DNA of 64,000 nt from an uncultured Nitrospinaceae bacterium (GTDB taxonomy: Bacteria; UBA8248): positions 1 through 64,000 of the forward strand of contig CAXFSR010000009.1 in the NCBI GenBank assembly GCA_964005815.1, in the 5' to 3' direction. A program made the position numbers and the translations under genes. Numbering within the stretch: position 1 is the stretch's first letter; the number at the start of each line of letters is the position of its first letter. This document shows, piece by piece, positions 1-9,423 of this stretch. The notes under the pieces are model-generated. The model was not told where the DNA came from. It did no database searches and was given only the letters and a program-made list of their open reading frames with translations.

Positions 1-313
1 CAGTATGAAAAACATGCCAGATAATAGGACCTTCTGTTAGATAATGTAGAGTATCTCCAATTCCGTTAACCTTATTTTCCTGTAATGCCTCAACTAGTGG
101 GTCAGTTAATAGTTCATAAGCCCTTAATGCAATTCTATCGACAGTTGGAAATAGCTGTCCTAAGTTTCCTCCAACATACATAGCACTTAACTGCCATATA
201 GCTAAAATTACCAGGAAGGGATACGCAGGTCGTATTTTTACAAAAATACTTGTTTTAGGTTTTGGTTTAATTGATTCTTCTATTATAGATGCGCTTGTTT
301 TTGTATCTGCCAT
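1..313 (-). CDS. ABC transporter permease, nitrate/sulfonate/taurine family (partial, runs off window start)
   Basis: Not in ORF track. Manual translation from ATG at 313: MADTKTSASIIEE...PFLVILAIWQLSAMYVGG...LFPTVDRIA...IIWHVFHT, typical of SsuC/TauC-type N-terminus; directly downstream of the cognate ATPase. Confidence 0.75.
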   Translation of the reverse strand, partial: MADTKTSASIIEESIKPKPKTSIFVKIRPAYPFLVILAIWQLSAMYVGGNLGQLFPTVDRIALRAYELLTDPLVEALQENKVNGIGDTLHYLTEGPIIWHVFHT

Positions 314-351
314 TAATAAATCCTTTCTTAGGAAACCAAATTCAGAGAGTT

Positions 352-1098
352 TTATTTGTCTCGAATTAAATCGTTTACATGTCTTTGTAGTGCAATGAAA
401 TCAGAAGAGAGGTCATCTCTTGGTCTTGGAAAATCTACGTTTACCACTTCTCTAATTCTTCCTGGATTAGGAAGAAATACAACGATCCTTCCACCTAAAT
501 AAACGGCTTCACTTAAATTGTGTGTTACAAAAATAATCGTTTTCTTTGTCTTTTCCCAAACTTCAACAGTTAGTTCTTGAAGTTCTTCTCTTGTCTGGGC
601 ATCTAATGCACCGTAGGGTTCGTCCATCAATAAAATTTGTGGATCATATGCTAGCGCACGCGCAACTGCGACTCTTTGTCTCATACCACCGGATAAACTG
701 TGTGGATATAAATCCGCAAACCCATCTAATCCGACAAGTTTTAAGAATTCCATTGATATCTCTTCTCTTTCTTTTGCTTCCACTTTTCGTATTTGGAGTC
801 CGTATTCAACATTTTGACGTGCAGTTCTCCAAGGGAATAGAGCATATTCCTGGAAAACAACTCCTTTGTCATATCCGAAATCTAGTTTTTTTCCGTCCAT
901 CAAAACTTCCCCTGAAGTAATCTCTACAAAACCTGCGAGAATATTCAAAAGGGTAGTTTTCCCACATCCGGAAAGACCTACAAGACAAATGAATTCTCCA
1001 TCTTGGATTTGAAGATTTACATCTTCTAGAGCATGAACTTTTCTTTCAGGTGTATCGTATACTTTTCTAAGATTTTTTATTTCAATTTTTGGAATCAA
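352..1098 (-). CDS. ABC transporter ATP-binding protein, NitT/TauT family
   Basis: Walker A GLSGCGKTT, VFQEYALFPW, signature LSGGMRQR, Walker B LLMDEP, FVTH. Confidence 0.9.
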   Translation of the reverse strand: MIPKIEIKNLRKVYDTPERKVHALEDVNLQIQDGEFICLVGLSGCGKTTLLNILAGFVEITSGEVLMDGKKLDFGYDKGVVFQEYALFPWRTARQNVEYGLQIRKVEAKEREEISMEFLKLVGLDGFADLYPHSLSGGMRQRVAVARALAYDPQILLMDEPYGALDAQTREELQELTVEVWEKTKKTIIFVTHNLSEAVYLGGRIVVFLPNPGRIREVVNVDFPRPRDDLSSDFIALQRHVNDLIRDK

Positions 1099-1254
1099 CT
1101 TGCTTTCTCGCCCCCGAATGAATTTATATAAAAAATATTTTAAATTGAGTTTTAAATCCTAACAAAGTTTTTCCATAAAATGAAATTAAGTTCGTGTATA
1201 ATGGCGTTCCGAACTTTATTTTTTTCAATACACTTAAGATCTGAAGGAAAAAAG

Positions 1255-2154
1255 ATGAAAAGACTGAAGTTGTTATTATTTTTATTTTTTTTAAGTTCTT
1301 TTTTTTGTTCCTTTGTCTTGGCTAAATCACAGGTGAAGAAATCTTTGTCAGACGATTCTTTTCTTGTTTTCATTCCTAGTGGAACTTTTAAAATTGGAAG
1401 TAACAAGGGAGATGGAGATGAAAAACCTAAACGTCAAATTTATGTCACTTCTTTCTGGATAGATCAGCATGAACTGACAGTCAGTAAATTTGCTCGTTTT
1501 GTAATTCAAACCCGTCATAAGACAACTGCTGAGAAAAAAGGTTGGTCTTGGGTATGGGATTCTACTTTGAAAAAGGGTAGAGGGTGGTGGAGAAAGGAAA
1601 AAGGAATTAGCTGGAAAAATCCAAAAGGAATTTCTTCGGATTGGAAAAAAATGCCAGATCAACCGGTCTCACAAGTTTCATGGTTTGACGCTAATGCATA
1701 TTGTAAATGGGCAGGTAGAGAACTTCCTACTGAAGCGCAATGGGAAAAGGCGGCTAGAGGTAATGATGACAGGATGTTTCCTTGGGGAAATCAACTTGAT
1801 TCTAAATATGCAAATTTAAAAGGTAAAAAAGATGGATTCTTAGGAGTTTCTCCAGTTGGAAGTTTCCCAAAGGGAGCAAGTGTTTTTGGTGTTTTAGATA
1901 TGTCAGGTAATGTTTGGGAGTGGGTTGCCGACTGGTATGCCAGTACACACTATGAAAGAATTAAGCTTAAGAATCCGTTGGGACCTAGACAAGGGAAGAA
2001 AAAAGTAATTCGAGGTGCCTCTTGGGGAAGTAAGTTGTTGTGGTCGCGTGTTTCAAATAGATATTCACGGAATCGGAACTACAGGAATAACAAAATAGGT
2101 TTTCGCTGTGTGCTTAACAAAGTAAATTGGAGTGATTCTAAGACTATTTTTTAG
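1255..2154 (+). CDS. Exported SUMF1/FGE-sulfatase-domain protein (NirV/PvdO-like; lacks FGE catalytic Cys pair)
   Basis: PVSQVSWFDANAYCKW, LPTEAQWEKAARG, DMSGNVWEW, IRGASW, GFRC motifs. Start moved from 1180 to ATG 1255 (GAAGGA RBS, signal peptide MKRLKLLLF...). Confidence 0.8.
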   Translation: MKRLKLLLFLFFLSSFFCSFVLAKSQVKKSLSDDSFLVFIPSGTFKIGSNKGDGDEKPKRQIYVTSFWIDQHELTVSKFARFVIQTRHKTTAEKKGWSWVWDSTLKKGRGWWRKEKGISWKNPKGISSDWKKMPDQPVSQVSWFDANAYCKWAGRELPTEAQWEKAARGNDDRMFPWGNQLDSKYANLKGKKDGFLGVSPVGSFPKGASVFGVLDMSGNVWEWVADWYASTHYERIKLKNPLGPRQGKKKVIRGASWGSKLLWSRVSNRYSRNRNYRNNKIGFRCVLNKVNWSDSKTIF

Positions 2155-3163
2155 ATTGATGTTTTGAAACTTTCTTGTGATTCTTTTTGTTCCAGTTAGG
2201 AATAACTAAAACACCATGAGGTCCATTTCCAACCTTAATTTTTTTTAAATTTTTGTGTTGTATTGCATCCATAACGTAAACTTCTTTAGAGTCCCGATTA
2301 GTTATATATGCAAGTTTTCCATCTGGAGTAAATGCAATTAAGTCTGGTCTAATACCTTGTTTTACAGAAGCTGCAAGTTTGTGATTTTTAGTAGAAAAAA
2401 TTTCAACAGTATTAATGTGCGGAAGAGTTATATAGAGGAATTCATTGTTTGGCGTAAGTAGTAGGTCATGTGGTTCGTCTTTAAGATTTATAGTTTGTAT
2501 TATCACGTTCAATTTAGTGTCGACGATACTAAATGAATTTCGTTCACCATTAGAAATATAGAGTTTTTCCCCATTTTCGGTAATATCAATACCTTCTGTA
2601 TAATGACCGGATTCGATTTGTTTGATTATCGAAAAACTTTGAAGATTAACAACCGAAACATCTTCACTAAGTTCGTTTGCAATATAAGCATATTTCCCAT
2701 CCCTAGAAATTTTTATATTTACTGGATTATTTCCTCCATGTTTGAAAACAGTATGAATTTTTTGAGTTTTAAGATTGAATACACTCAAATTATCAGAGTA
2801 AGTATTTACAAAATATGCGAATTTTCCATTTTTCCCAAAAGCAAGATTGTAGGGATCCCGGCCTACTCGCGCGCTTTTTTTAAATGAAAAGTCTTTTAAG
2901 TCTAAAATTCTAACAAATGGACTACCATCATTTATGATGAAAGCTTTCTGTTTGTCATTTGAAAGCGAAATTCTATTTGATTTCTTTCCTGCATTTATAG
3001 TTTTGATAACTTCATTTGTAGTTCTCGATATCACACTTATTGTCCCATCTCTTGTATTTGTAATGAGAATAAGTTCATCTTTTCCAACGGCTTCAATGAG
3101 TGAGGGAAAAATGATTGAAACAGATAAAAAAAGGACGAGGAAAGTTTTAGTTTTCATAGACAT
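2144..3163 (-). CDS. Exported YVTN/YncE-type beta-propeller repeat protein
   Basis: Signal peptide then about 7 repeats of ~40 aa (DGKYAYIAN, DGKLAYITN, GRDPYNL, GNGPHGV). Confidence 0.85.
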   Translation of the reverse strand: MSMKTKTFLVLFLSVSIIFPSLIEAVGKDELILITNTRDGTISVISRTTNEVIKTINAGKKSNRISLSNDKQKAFIINDGSPFVRILDLKDFSFKKSARVGRDPYNLAFGKNGKFAYFVNTYSDNLSVFNLKTQKIHTVFKHGGNNPVNIKISRDGKYAYIANELSEDVSVVNLQSFSIIKQIESGHYTEGIDITENGEKLYISNGERNSFSIVDTKLNVIIQTINLKDEPHDLLLTPNNEFLYITLPHINTVEIFSTKNHKLAASVKQGIRPDLIAFTPDGKLAYITNRDSKEVYVMDAIQHKNLKKIKVGNGPHGVLVIPNWNKKNHKKVSKHQSKK

Positions 3164-3180
3164 ACTGAAAATTCTTCCTA

Positions 3181-3597
3181 TTATTTAATTTTTCCTGCTT
3201 GTTGCAGTCTCTTATGTTTTAATTTTGGATCAAATTTGCAGTTACATAAATGTCTAATAAACAGAACGAGATTTTTGATCTCTTTTTTAGAAATAGTGTT
3301 TCCCCAAGAAGGCATTATAGGAGATAAATCATTGGATGGACCACCTTTAGTTATCGTACGAATCATATCTGAATCAGAGAATTGAGACATATCTTTTCCG
3401 TCTGTAAGATTTCTGGGACTGACGGGTAATCTGCTATTGTTATTAACTCCTTTTCCATTTCCCAAAGATCCATGACACTGAGAACAATGCCAATTGAAGA
3501 TTTCTCTTGTTTCCTTATACTTGTCTTCTGTATATCCTGAATTTACAGAAAACAAAAAAAACAATAATGAAAAGCTAAAAATGACTTTTAATTTCAT
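3181..3597 (-). CDS. Monoheme cytochrome c (exported)
   Basis: CSQCH heme motif, MPSWG distal Met, C-terminal LCNC. Start moved from 3654 to ATG 3597 (AGGTG RBS, signal peptide). Confidence 0.85.
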   Translation of the reverse strand: MKLKVIFSFSLLFFLFSVNSGYTEDKYKETREIFNWHCSQCHGSLGNGKGVNNNSRLPVSPRNLTDGKDMSQFSDSDMIRTITKGGPSNDLSPIMPSWGNTISKKEIKNLVLFIRHLCNCKFDPKLKHKRLQQAGKIK

Positions 3598-3604
3598 TTT
3601 CGAT

Positions 3605-4357
3605 TCACCTGAAAGACATAATATAAGCAGATAATGCAACCATATCAGTTTCATTTAACACGTGGAAAGCTTTGTCTCCAAAAACGGGCATTCTTCCATT
3701 TGGATTATATCTCTTTGGATTCTTTAAGAAAAAGTAGATAAAGTCTCCTTTTAATCTTTTTCCTGCGTTTATAAATGATGGACCGCTTTCTCCTCCTACT
3801 TTAATAGGTGTTCTATATACGGTTTTTCTTATATATACTTTATGGCAGGAGTAACAAGGGGTCTTTTTTTGAAATAAGATTCTTGCTTTGCGAAGTATTC
3901 TTCTTGGTATTTTTTTCCACTTTGGAACAGTTCCCGTTTTTATTTGTAAGTCTTTATAATTTTGTAAAAGAGAAGAAACAATTTTTGCTTTTTGAGAAGA
4001 AAGTGAAGGATGGTGAAAAGTTCCTTTTCTCATTGTTCCCCAAATAACGCCTCTTATCGGTGTAGGTTTTTGTAACCAAGTTTCTAAATATTTCTTTTGA
4101 TATTTATTGCCGGCTATCCATAAATTAGGACCTTTAATTCTCTTCCTAGCATTTAAAGGAATCTTCTTTGAGGGTCCTTCGAATGCATGACAACTATTGC
4201 ATCCAAGAGTAAAAAGTAGATTTTCTTGAATTTTTTTCTCGGTTCTTTCAACTTTTTTTTGTTCGAAAGTTCTACTTTCAGATACAGTTTTATTTTCAGT
4301 TATGCAAATTATAGATATAAGAATTATGAATAAAAAAAATTGTTTATTGAAATTCAT
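3605..4357 (-). CDS. Diheme cytochrome c (exported)
   Basis: Two CxxCH motifs (CNSCH, CYSCH), each followed by a GP-x-L/F...AG segment; N-terminal signal/anchor. Confidence 0.85.
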   Translation of the reverse strand: MNFNKQFFLFIILISIICITENKTVSESRTFEQKKVERTEKKIQENLLFTLGCNSCHAFEGPSKKIPLNARKRIKGPNLWIAGNKYQKKYLETWLQKPTPIRGVIWGTMRKGTFHHPSLSSQKAKIVSSLLQNYKDLQIKTGTVPKWKKIPRRILRKARILFQKKTPCYSCHKVYIRKTVYRTPIKVGGESGPSFINAGKRLKGDFIYFFLKNPKRYNPNGRMPVFGDKAFHVLNETDMVALSAYIMSFR

Positions 4358-5415
4358 TTTATTTTAATAATCTTTCCATCAAGTGTTCTTAAAAAAGATT
4401 CCAGATTCAATTTTTCTTTTTCAGTAAGATCTAACTTTCTCATATCTGGATCTAAGTTTGGATTTGCTATTCCACCTTGAACATAAAAATCAATTACCTC
4501 TCTTAAAGTTTTGAAACGTCCGTCATGCATATAAGGAGCAGTTTGAGAGATATTTCGAAGGGTTGGGGTTTTAAATTTCCCCATATCAATTTTCCTGCCT
4601 GTTACTGCTTCCCTTCCAATTTCACGCTTCCCCTTGTCAAGGCCTATCCCCAAGTTATGAAACTGGTGGTCAGTGAAAGGAGCACTAAATTCATCTACTA
4701 AATGACACTTAACACATTTCCCTTTTTTTTTGAAAATCTCAAATCCTTTCTTAGCTTTTTCGGAAATTGCATTTTTTTTTCCTCCATATCTCCAATAATC
4801 GAATGGTGAATTCCCTGATAAAATGGTTCTTTCATAGCTAGCTATCGCACTGACAATTAAATCGAGATTAATTGTTTTTTCCCCAAAAGCCATTTTGAAT
4901 TTATTTTTATAATTAGGAGTATTTTCAAGAAATTGTAGTACTTTATCTAAATTAGCTCCCATTTCTGATTTTTTTAAGATTGGAGATTTTGCTTGTTCTT
5001 CTAAACTCTTTGCTCTTCCGTCCCAAAACTGAAAATCATTGTATGCAGCATTAATAATTGTAGGAACATTTCTTTTCCCTAACTTTCCACCTATACCTAC
5101 CCCATACTGTCTGTTGTTACTAAATCCGTATTTTGGATTATGGCAACTAGCGCATGAAACAGTATTGTCAAGAGACAGTCGATTTTCAAAGAAAAGCATT
5201 TTCCCCAACTCGTATTTTGCTTTAGTTATAACGTTTTTTTCAGGAATAGGAACGTCGTCCATGCCGAGGGGAGTTTTAGGAAAAATTTCCTTATTCTCTG
5301 AAAAAACAGGGTCTTCCAGAAAAAAAATTGATAAAAGAACTAAAATCAAAATCGAGTTTTTATTTTCTCTGAAGCAGTTCAATACTAACTCCGTCTGGTG
5401 CTTCAATAAAAGCAA
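4354..5415 (-). CDS. Diheme cytochrome c peroxidase/MauG superfamily protein
   Basis: LGKMLFFENRLS, CASCH, QFWDGRA, CVKCH, FKTPTLRNI, APYMHDG. Start uncertain (overlaps upstream VOC gene). Confidence 0.9.
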   Translation of the reverse strand: MLLLKHQTELVLNCFRENKNSILILVLLSIFFLEDPVFSENKEIFPKTPLGMDDVPIPEKNVITKAKYELGKMLFFENRLSLDNTVSCASCHNPKYGFSNNRQYGVGIGGKLGKRNVPTIINAAYNDFQFWDGRAKSLEEQAKSPILKKSEMGANLDKVLQFLENTPNYKNKFKMAFGEKTINLDLIVSAIASYERTILSGNSPFDYWRYGGKKNAISEKAKKGFEIFKKKGKCVKCHLVDEFSAPFTDHQFHNLGIGLDKGKREIGREAVTGRKIDMGKFKTPTLRNISQTAPYMHDGRFKTLREVIDFYVQGGIANPNLDPDMRKLDLTEKEKLNLESFLRTLDGKIIKIK

Positions 5416-5776
5416 TCAAAGTAGAAGGGTTAAACTGAGTTGGCTCAAGTGTGAATTTAACACCTTTGGATTTTAGATCTTCACAGTATTCATGGAAATT
5501 TGACTTTACCTGAAATGCAAAGTGATCCGTGCCCCATTCAACTTCGATTTTATCCTTTGCAGTTTCTTCATTTCTCTGTCCTCGAATAATTACTTTGGCG
5601 CCTTCAAATAAAACATATATTTGAGGTGCCCCTTGAATTTCAACGGTTTCTACTTTCTTTCCTCCGAGAATTTCTTCGAACCATTTTGCAGATTCTTCTG
5701 GGTTTTGACTAATTATATGTACATGATCAAAAAAAATATTATTCATAATTTTCCTTTTTTTAGAAATTATTCCCAA
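5360..5776 (-). CDS. VOC/glyoxalase family protein
   Basis: FDHVHI, DHFAFQV, APDGVSIELL motifs. Confidence 0.85.
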   Translation of the reverse strand: MGIISKKRKIMNNIFFDHVHIISQNPEESAKWFEEILGGKKVETVEIQGAPQIYVLFEGAKVIIRGQRNEETAKDKIEVEWGTDHFAFQVKSNFHEYCEDLKSKGVKFTLEPTQFNPSTLIAFIEAPDGVSIELLQRK

Positions 5777-6417
5777 GTAATATCGCCAAAGTCCTCTTTT
5801 TGAGGATTTCCATTTAACTCGTATTTAGAAACCAAGATTTTGCTTTTTGCCACTGTTGTATTTTCCCCATGTCCAGGATATAAAATTGTTTCTTTAGGTA
5901 GCGTTAAGACTTTTTCTTTAATGGATTTTAAGAGCTGAAGAAGTTGTTCATGTGACCACGTTTTTCCTGGTCCTCCTGGAAAAATTGTATCCCCACAAAT
6001 ACAGTGTCCAGGGAAGTAAAACATGGTCATTCCTTTTGAGTGTCCCGGAGTGTGTACACATTTTATGGATACATCTCCAAAACTGACAAATTCTCCATCT
6101 TTTAATTCAAAATCTGAGGTAATTCCAAATTCCTCTTTATCTTTTTTGTGAAGTCCAAGAGGGACTCCGGTAATTTCTCTGACCTCATCTAAAGCGTCAA
6201 TATGATCTCCATGACAATGAGTTTGAAGAATGAATTGAACTTCTGTTCCTTTGCATGCAGATAATATATCTTTGCTAGAGTGCGAAGTATCAATAATGAT
6301 TGATTTTTTACTTTTCTTGCATGTTAAAATGTATACGTTATTACTATAAGGCCCTAAATTTAATTTTTGAAAATTGATAGTCTCTGTATCGAAATTTTGA
6401 TTTAGATTGCTCAACAC
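5767..6417 (-). CDS. MBL-fold metallo-hydrolase (glyoxalase II-like)
   Basis: THCHGDH, HTPGHS, GDTIF, YPGHG. Confidence 0.9.
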   Translation of the reverse strand: MLSNLNQNFDTETINFQKLNLGPYSNNVYILTCKKSKKSIIIDTSHSSKDILSACKGTEVQFILQTHCHGDHIDALDEVREITGVPLGLHKKDKEEFGITSDFELKDGEFVSFGDVSIKCVHTPGHSKGMTMFYFPGHCICGDTIFPGGPGKTWSHEQLLQLLKSIKEKVLTLPKETILYPGHGENTTVAKSKILVSKYELNGNPQKEDFGDITWE

Positions 6418-6519
6418 TTTCCCCTTTTTTGAGACATAGTTAAAATGGTGATCATATTAGAAGATTTATGCATTTAAGATCAAACATTAGTTTTCATTGT
6501 TCTCTAAGAGGTATGTTGA

Positions 6520-7200
6520 ATGAATTCTTCGAATGTATCTGTCACAGTTAATATGGCTATGACTTTAGATGGGAAAATTTCGAGCTATGATGGTTCGAAT
6601 TTAAGTTTTGGAAGTAAAGAAGATCGAAAAGAAATGGATCGTCTAAGAGCAGAGTCAGATATAATTATTTGGGGAGCGGAAACTCTAAGAATTGCGAATT
6701 GTCCTGCGAAGGTTAGGCTGCAAGAATTTATTGATTATCGTTTAGAACAAGGCAATTCTCCGCACCCTGCTAGTGGCGTTATAACCAGAACCGGTAATAT
6801 TCCTAAGACATGTAATTGGTTCGAAAGCGAACTTATTCAGTTTGTTTTTACTAGCAAAAAAGGAGAAGAAAAAGCTAAAGAATTTTGTGAAGGTCGAGCT
6901 GAAGTTATTGTTTCAGTTTCTGAAGAAGTGTCGCCATTTTCAGTTCTAGAGTTTTTAAGGAAAAGAGGTTTTCGAAACATTTTACTAGAAGGCGGTGGTT
7001 CAATACATTGGAGTTTTATTAAGGAAAACCTTGTTGATTCTCTTTACATTACTGTAACTCCATTTTTGGCTGGAGGTTCAAAATCTCCTACTATTCTGGA
7101 TGGTGAGGGTTTCTTAGGTCCTGATTTTGTTAATTTAAAACTTGAGAAGTTTGAAAAAAAAGGAAATGAATTATTTTTGAAATACAAGATTTTGAAATAA
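6520..7200 (+). CDS. RibD C-terminal (pyrimidine reductase)-domain protein
   Basis: AMTLDGKI, LRAESD, LLEGGG, ITVTPFLAGG; no deaminase domain. Confidence 0.8.
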   Translation: MNSSNVSVTVNMAMTLDGKISSYDGSNLSFGSKEDRKEMDRLRAESDIIIWGAETLRIANCPAKVRLQEFIDYRLEQGNSPHPASGVITRTGNIPKTCNWFESELIQFVFTSKKGEEKAKEFCEGRAEVIVSVSEEVSPFSVLEFLRKRGFRNILLEGGGSIHWSFIKENLVDSLYITVTPFLAGGSKSPTILDGEGFLGPDFVNLKLEKFEKKGNELFLKYKILK

Positions 7201-7305
7201 TTTAAATTATAGAATCTTTTTCTCGCACTTTATCGATTTGAATTATTTAATGTTCTTATGGTAGTTATAGAGTAATTGACAATTTAAAACGTTGGAGGTG
7301 AATTT

Positions 7306-8304
7306 TTGGTTTTAAGAGCTAAGAAGAAATCTAGTTCTAATAGTGTTTCTCGTTCCTTAGGGAAAAGAGAACTGGGTAAAATGTATAGAAACATGTTGAG
7401 AATTCGGCAGTTTGAAGAGAAAACGGACGAGTTATTTATGGGTGGAAGAATTAAAGGAGCAGTCCATGTAAGTATAGGACAAGAAGCATGTTCTGTGGGT
7501 GTTTGTTCCGCATTGAATCAGAATGATGCAATTCTTACTACTCATCGCGGTCATGGCCATTCTATTGCAAAAGGAACACGTTTGAAAGAAATGATGGCTG
7601 AGATGCTTGGGAAATCTACAGGTTTATGTAAGGCAAGAGGTGGTTCTATGCATATAGCAGATATTTCTAAGGGTCATTATGGTGCGCATTCAATTGTGGG
7701 CGCTAATATGCCTATGGCTGCAGGAATGGGATTAGCTTATCAATTAGAGGGGAAAGGCAGAGTTGCAGTTGTTTTCTTTGGTGATGGAGCCTCTAATCAA
7801 GGTAGTTTCCATGAATCCATGAATTTATGTGCAATTTGGAAACTTCCTGTGATTTTTTTCTGTGAGAATAATCACTATGCAGTTTCTTTCCATGTAGAAA
7901 GATCTACTTCTGTATCTGATATCAGTGTTAGAGCGCAAGGATATAACGCTCCAGGTATCACGGTGGATGGTATGGATGTAGTTTCTGTATACGAAGCTAC
8001 AGTTCAGGCAGTAGAAAGAGCACGAAGAGGAGAAGGTCCAACTCTTATCGAAGCAAAGACATATCGTTTTTTTGGACATTCAAGGGGAGATCCACAATTT
8101 GGACCTTATAGGACTAAGGAAGAGGTAGACGAATGGCGTAAGAGAGACCCTCTGTTACTTACAGAAAAACTATTATCTTTAACTAAAGCTCAGAAAAAAA
8201 TACATCTGGATGCAGTAAAAAAAGAAATGAAAGAGGCTCTAAAATTTGCAGAATCTAGCCCAGAAGCAACATTAGAGTCAGCTCTAGAAGATGTTTTTGC
8301 TTAA
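7306..8304 (+). CDS. TPP-dependent 2-oxoacid/acetoin dehydrogenase E1 alpha subunit
   Basis: GQEA, THRGHGH, RGGSMH, TPP motif FFGDGA...ENN, YRFFGHS; GGAGGTG RBS. Confidence 0.9.
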   Translation: MVLRAKKKSSSNSVSRSLGKRELGKMYRNMLRIRQFEEKTDELFMGGRIKGAVHVSIGQEACSVGVCSALNQNDAILTTHRGHGHSIAKGTRLKEMMAEMLGKSTGLCKARGGSMHIADISKGHYGAHSIVGANMPMAAGMGLAYQLEGKGRVAVVFFGDGASNQGSFHESMNLCAIWKLPVIFFCENNHYAVSFHVERSTSVSDISVRAQGYNAPGITVDGMDVVSVYEATVQAVERARRGEGPTLIEAKTYRFFGHSRGDPQFGPYRTKEEVDEWRKRDPLLLTEKLLSLTKAQKKIHLDAVKKEMKEALKFAESSPEATLESALEDVFA

Positions 8305-8334
8305 GTTTGTACTCGTATTTGGAGATTTTGATAT

Positions 8335-9315
8335 ATGAGAGAAATTAATTTTGTTGATGCCCTTAATGAAGCACATTTTGAAGAAATGGAAGCAAATGAA
8401 AAAGTAATAGTTATGGGTGAAGATGTAGAGCTAGCATATGTTTTTGGTGTTTCTAAAGGACTCGCAGAACGTTTTGGAAAAGATAGAGTTCGTGATACTC
8501 CAATAAGCGAGTTGGGTATTGTAGGGGCTGGAGTAGGTGCAGCGATGGCTGGGTATAGGCCTATTGTAGAAATAATGTTTATGGATTTTATAATGTTAGC
8601 TATGGATCCATTAGTGAATCAGGCAGCAAAGCTTCGTTATATGTTAGGAGGTCAGATAAGCGTCCCTTTAGTTGTTAGAACCCCAGGAGGGGGTGGGGTG
8701 CAATACGGACCAACCCATAGTCAGTGCTTAGAGGCTTGGTTTATGCAAGTCCCTGGTATTAAGGTAGCAGTTCCAAGCGATCCTGGTGATGCAAAAGGAC
8801 TTATGAAATCGGCAATAAGAGATAATAATCCTGTAGTTTTCGTTGAACATAAAATGCTTTATAAATTAAAGGGAGAAGTTCCTGAAGGAGAACATATCGT
8901 TCCATTTGGTCAAGCAGTGGTTAAGAGAGCAGGAACAGATATAACCCTAGTGGGAGTTGGTTATCAGGTGCAAAATTGCTTGGCTGCAGCAGATGTTTTA
9001 GAAAATGAGGGGATCAGTGTAGAAGTTGTAGATCCTAGGACGATTGCTCCACTTGATGTTACTTCTATTGCTGAATCTGTAAGAAAAACCAATCGATGCG
9101 TGATAGTAGAAGAAGGTCATCTCAGAAGTGGTGTTGGTTCTGAAATTTCAGCTTCTATACAAGAAGAAGTTTTCGATTATCTTGATGCACCAATTGCGAG
9201 AGTTGCGGCTTTAAATGCACCAATTCCCTTCGAACCTAAACTAGAAGATTTTATTTTGCCGAATCCAGACAATATAGTAGAGGTATCTAGAAAAGTACTG
9301 GGCGTCTCTATCTAA
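8335..9315 (+). CDS. 2-oxoacid/acetoin dehydrogenase E1 beta subunit
   Basis: MGEDV, DTPISE, EIMFMDF, HSQCLE, DPRTIAPLD. Confidence 0.9.
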   Translation: MREINFVDALNEAHFEEMEANEKVIVMGEDVELAYVFGVSKGLAERFGKDRVRDTPISELGIVGAGVGAAMAGYRPIVEIMFMDFIMLAMDPLVNQAAKLRYMLGGQISVPLVVRTPGGGGVQYGPTHSQCLEAWFMQVPGIKVAVPSDPGDAKGLMKSAIRDNNPVVFVEHKMLYKLKGEVPEGEHIVPFGQAVVKRAGTDITLVGVGYQVQNCLAAADVLENEGISVEVVDPRTIAPLDVTSIAESVRKTNRCVIVEEGHLRSGVGSEISASIQEEVFDYLDAPIARVAALNAPIPFEPKLEDFILPNPDNIVEVSRKVLGVSI

Positions 9316-9423
9316 AATTTCATTTCTAGATTTTCTGTTTCAAATATATCTAAAGTTTGCTATTAATTTCATGTAGAAATTTCATCTATGAATTTGAACG
9401 TTTAGAAATATCTCGGAGGTTAA

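Noticed and set aside
1180..2154. Formylglycine-generating enzyme
   Set aside because: The catalytic Cys pair in the RGGS..C....C segment is absent (IRGASWGSKLLWSR), and there is no sulfatase nearby
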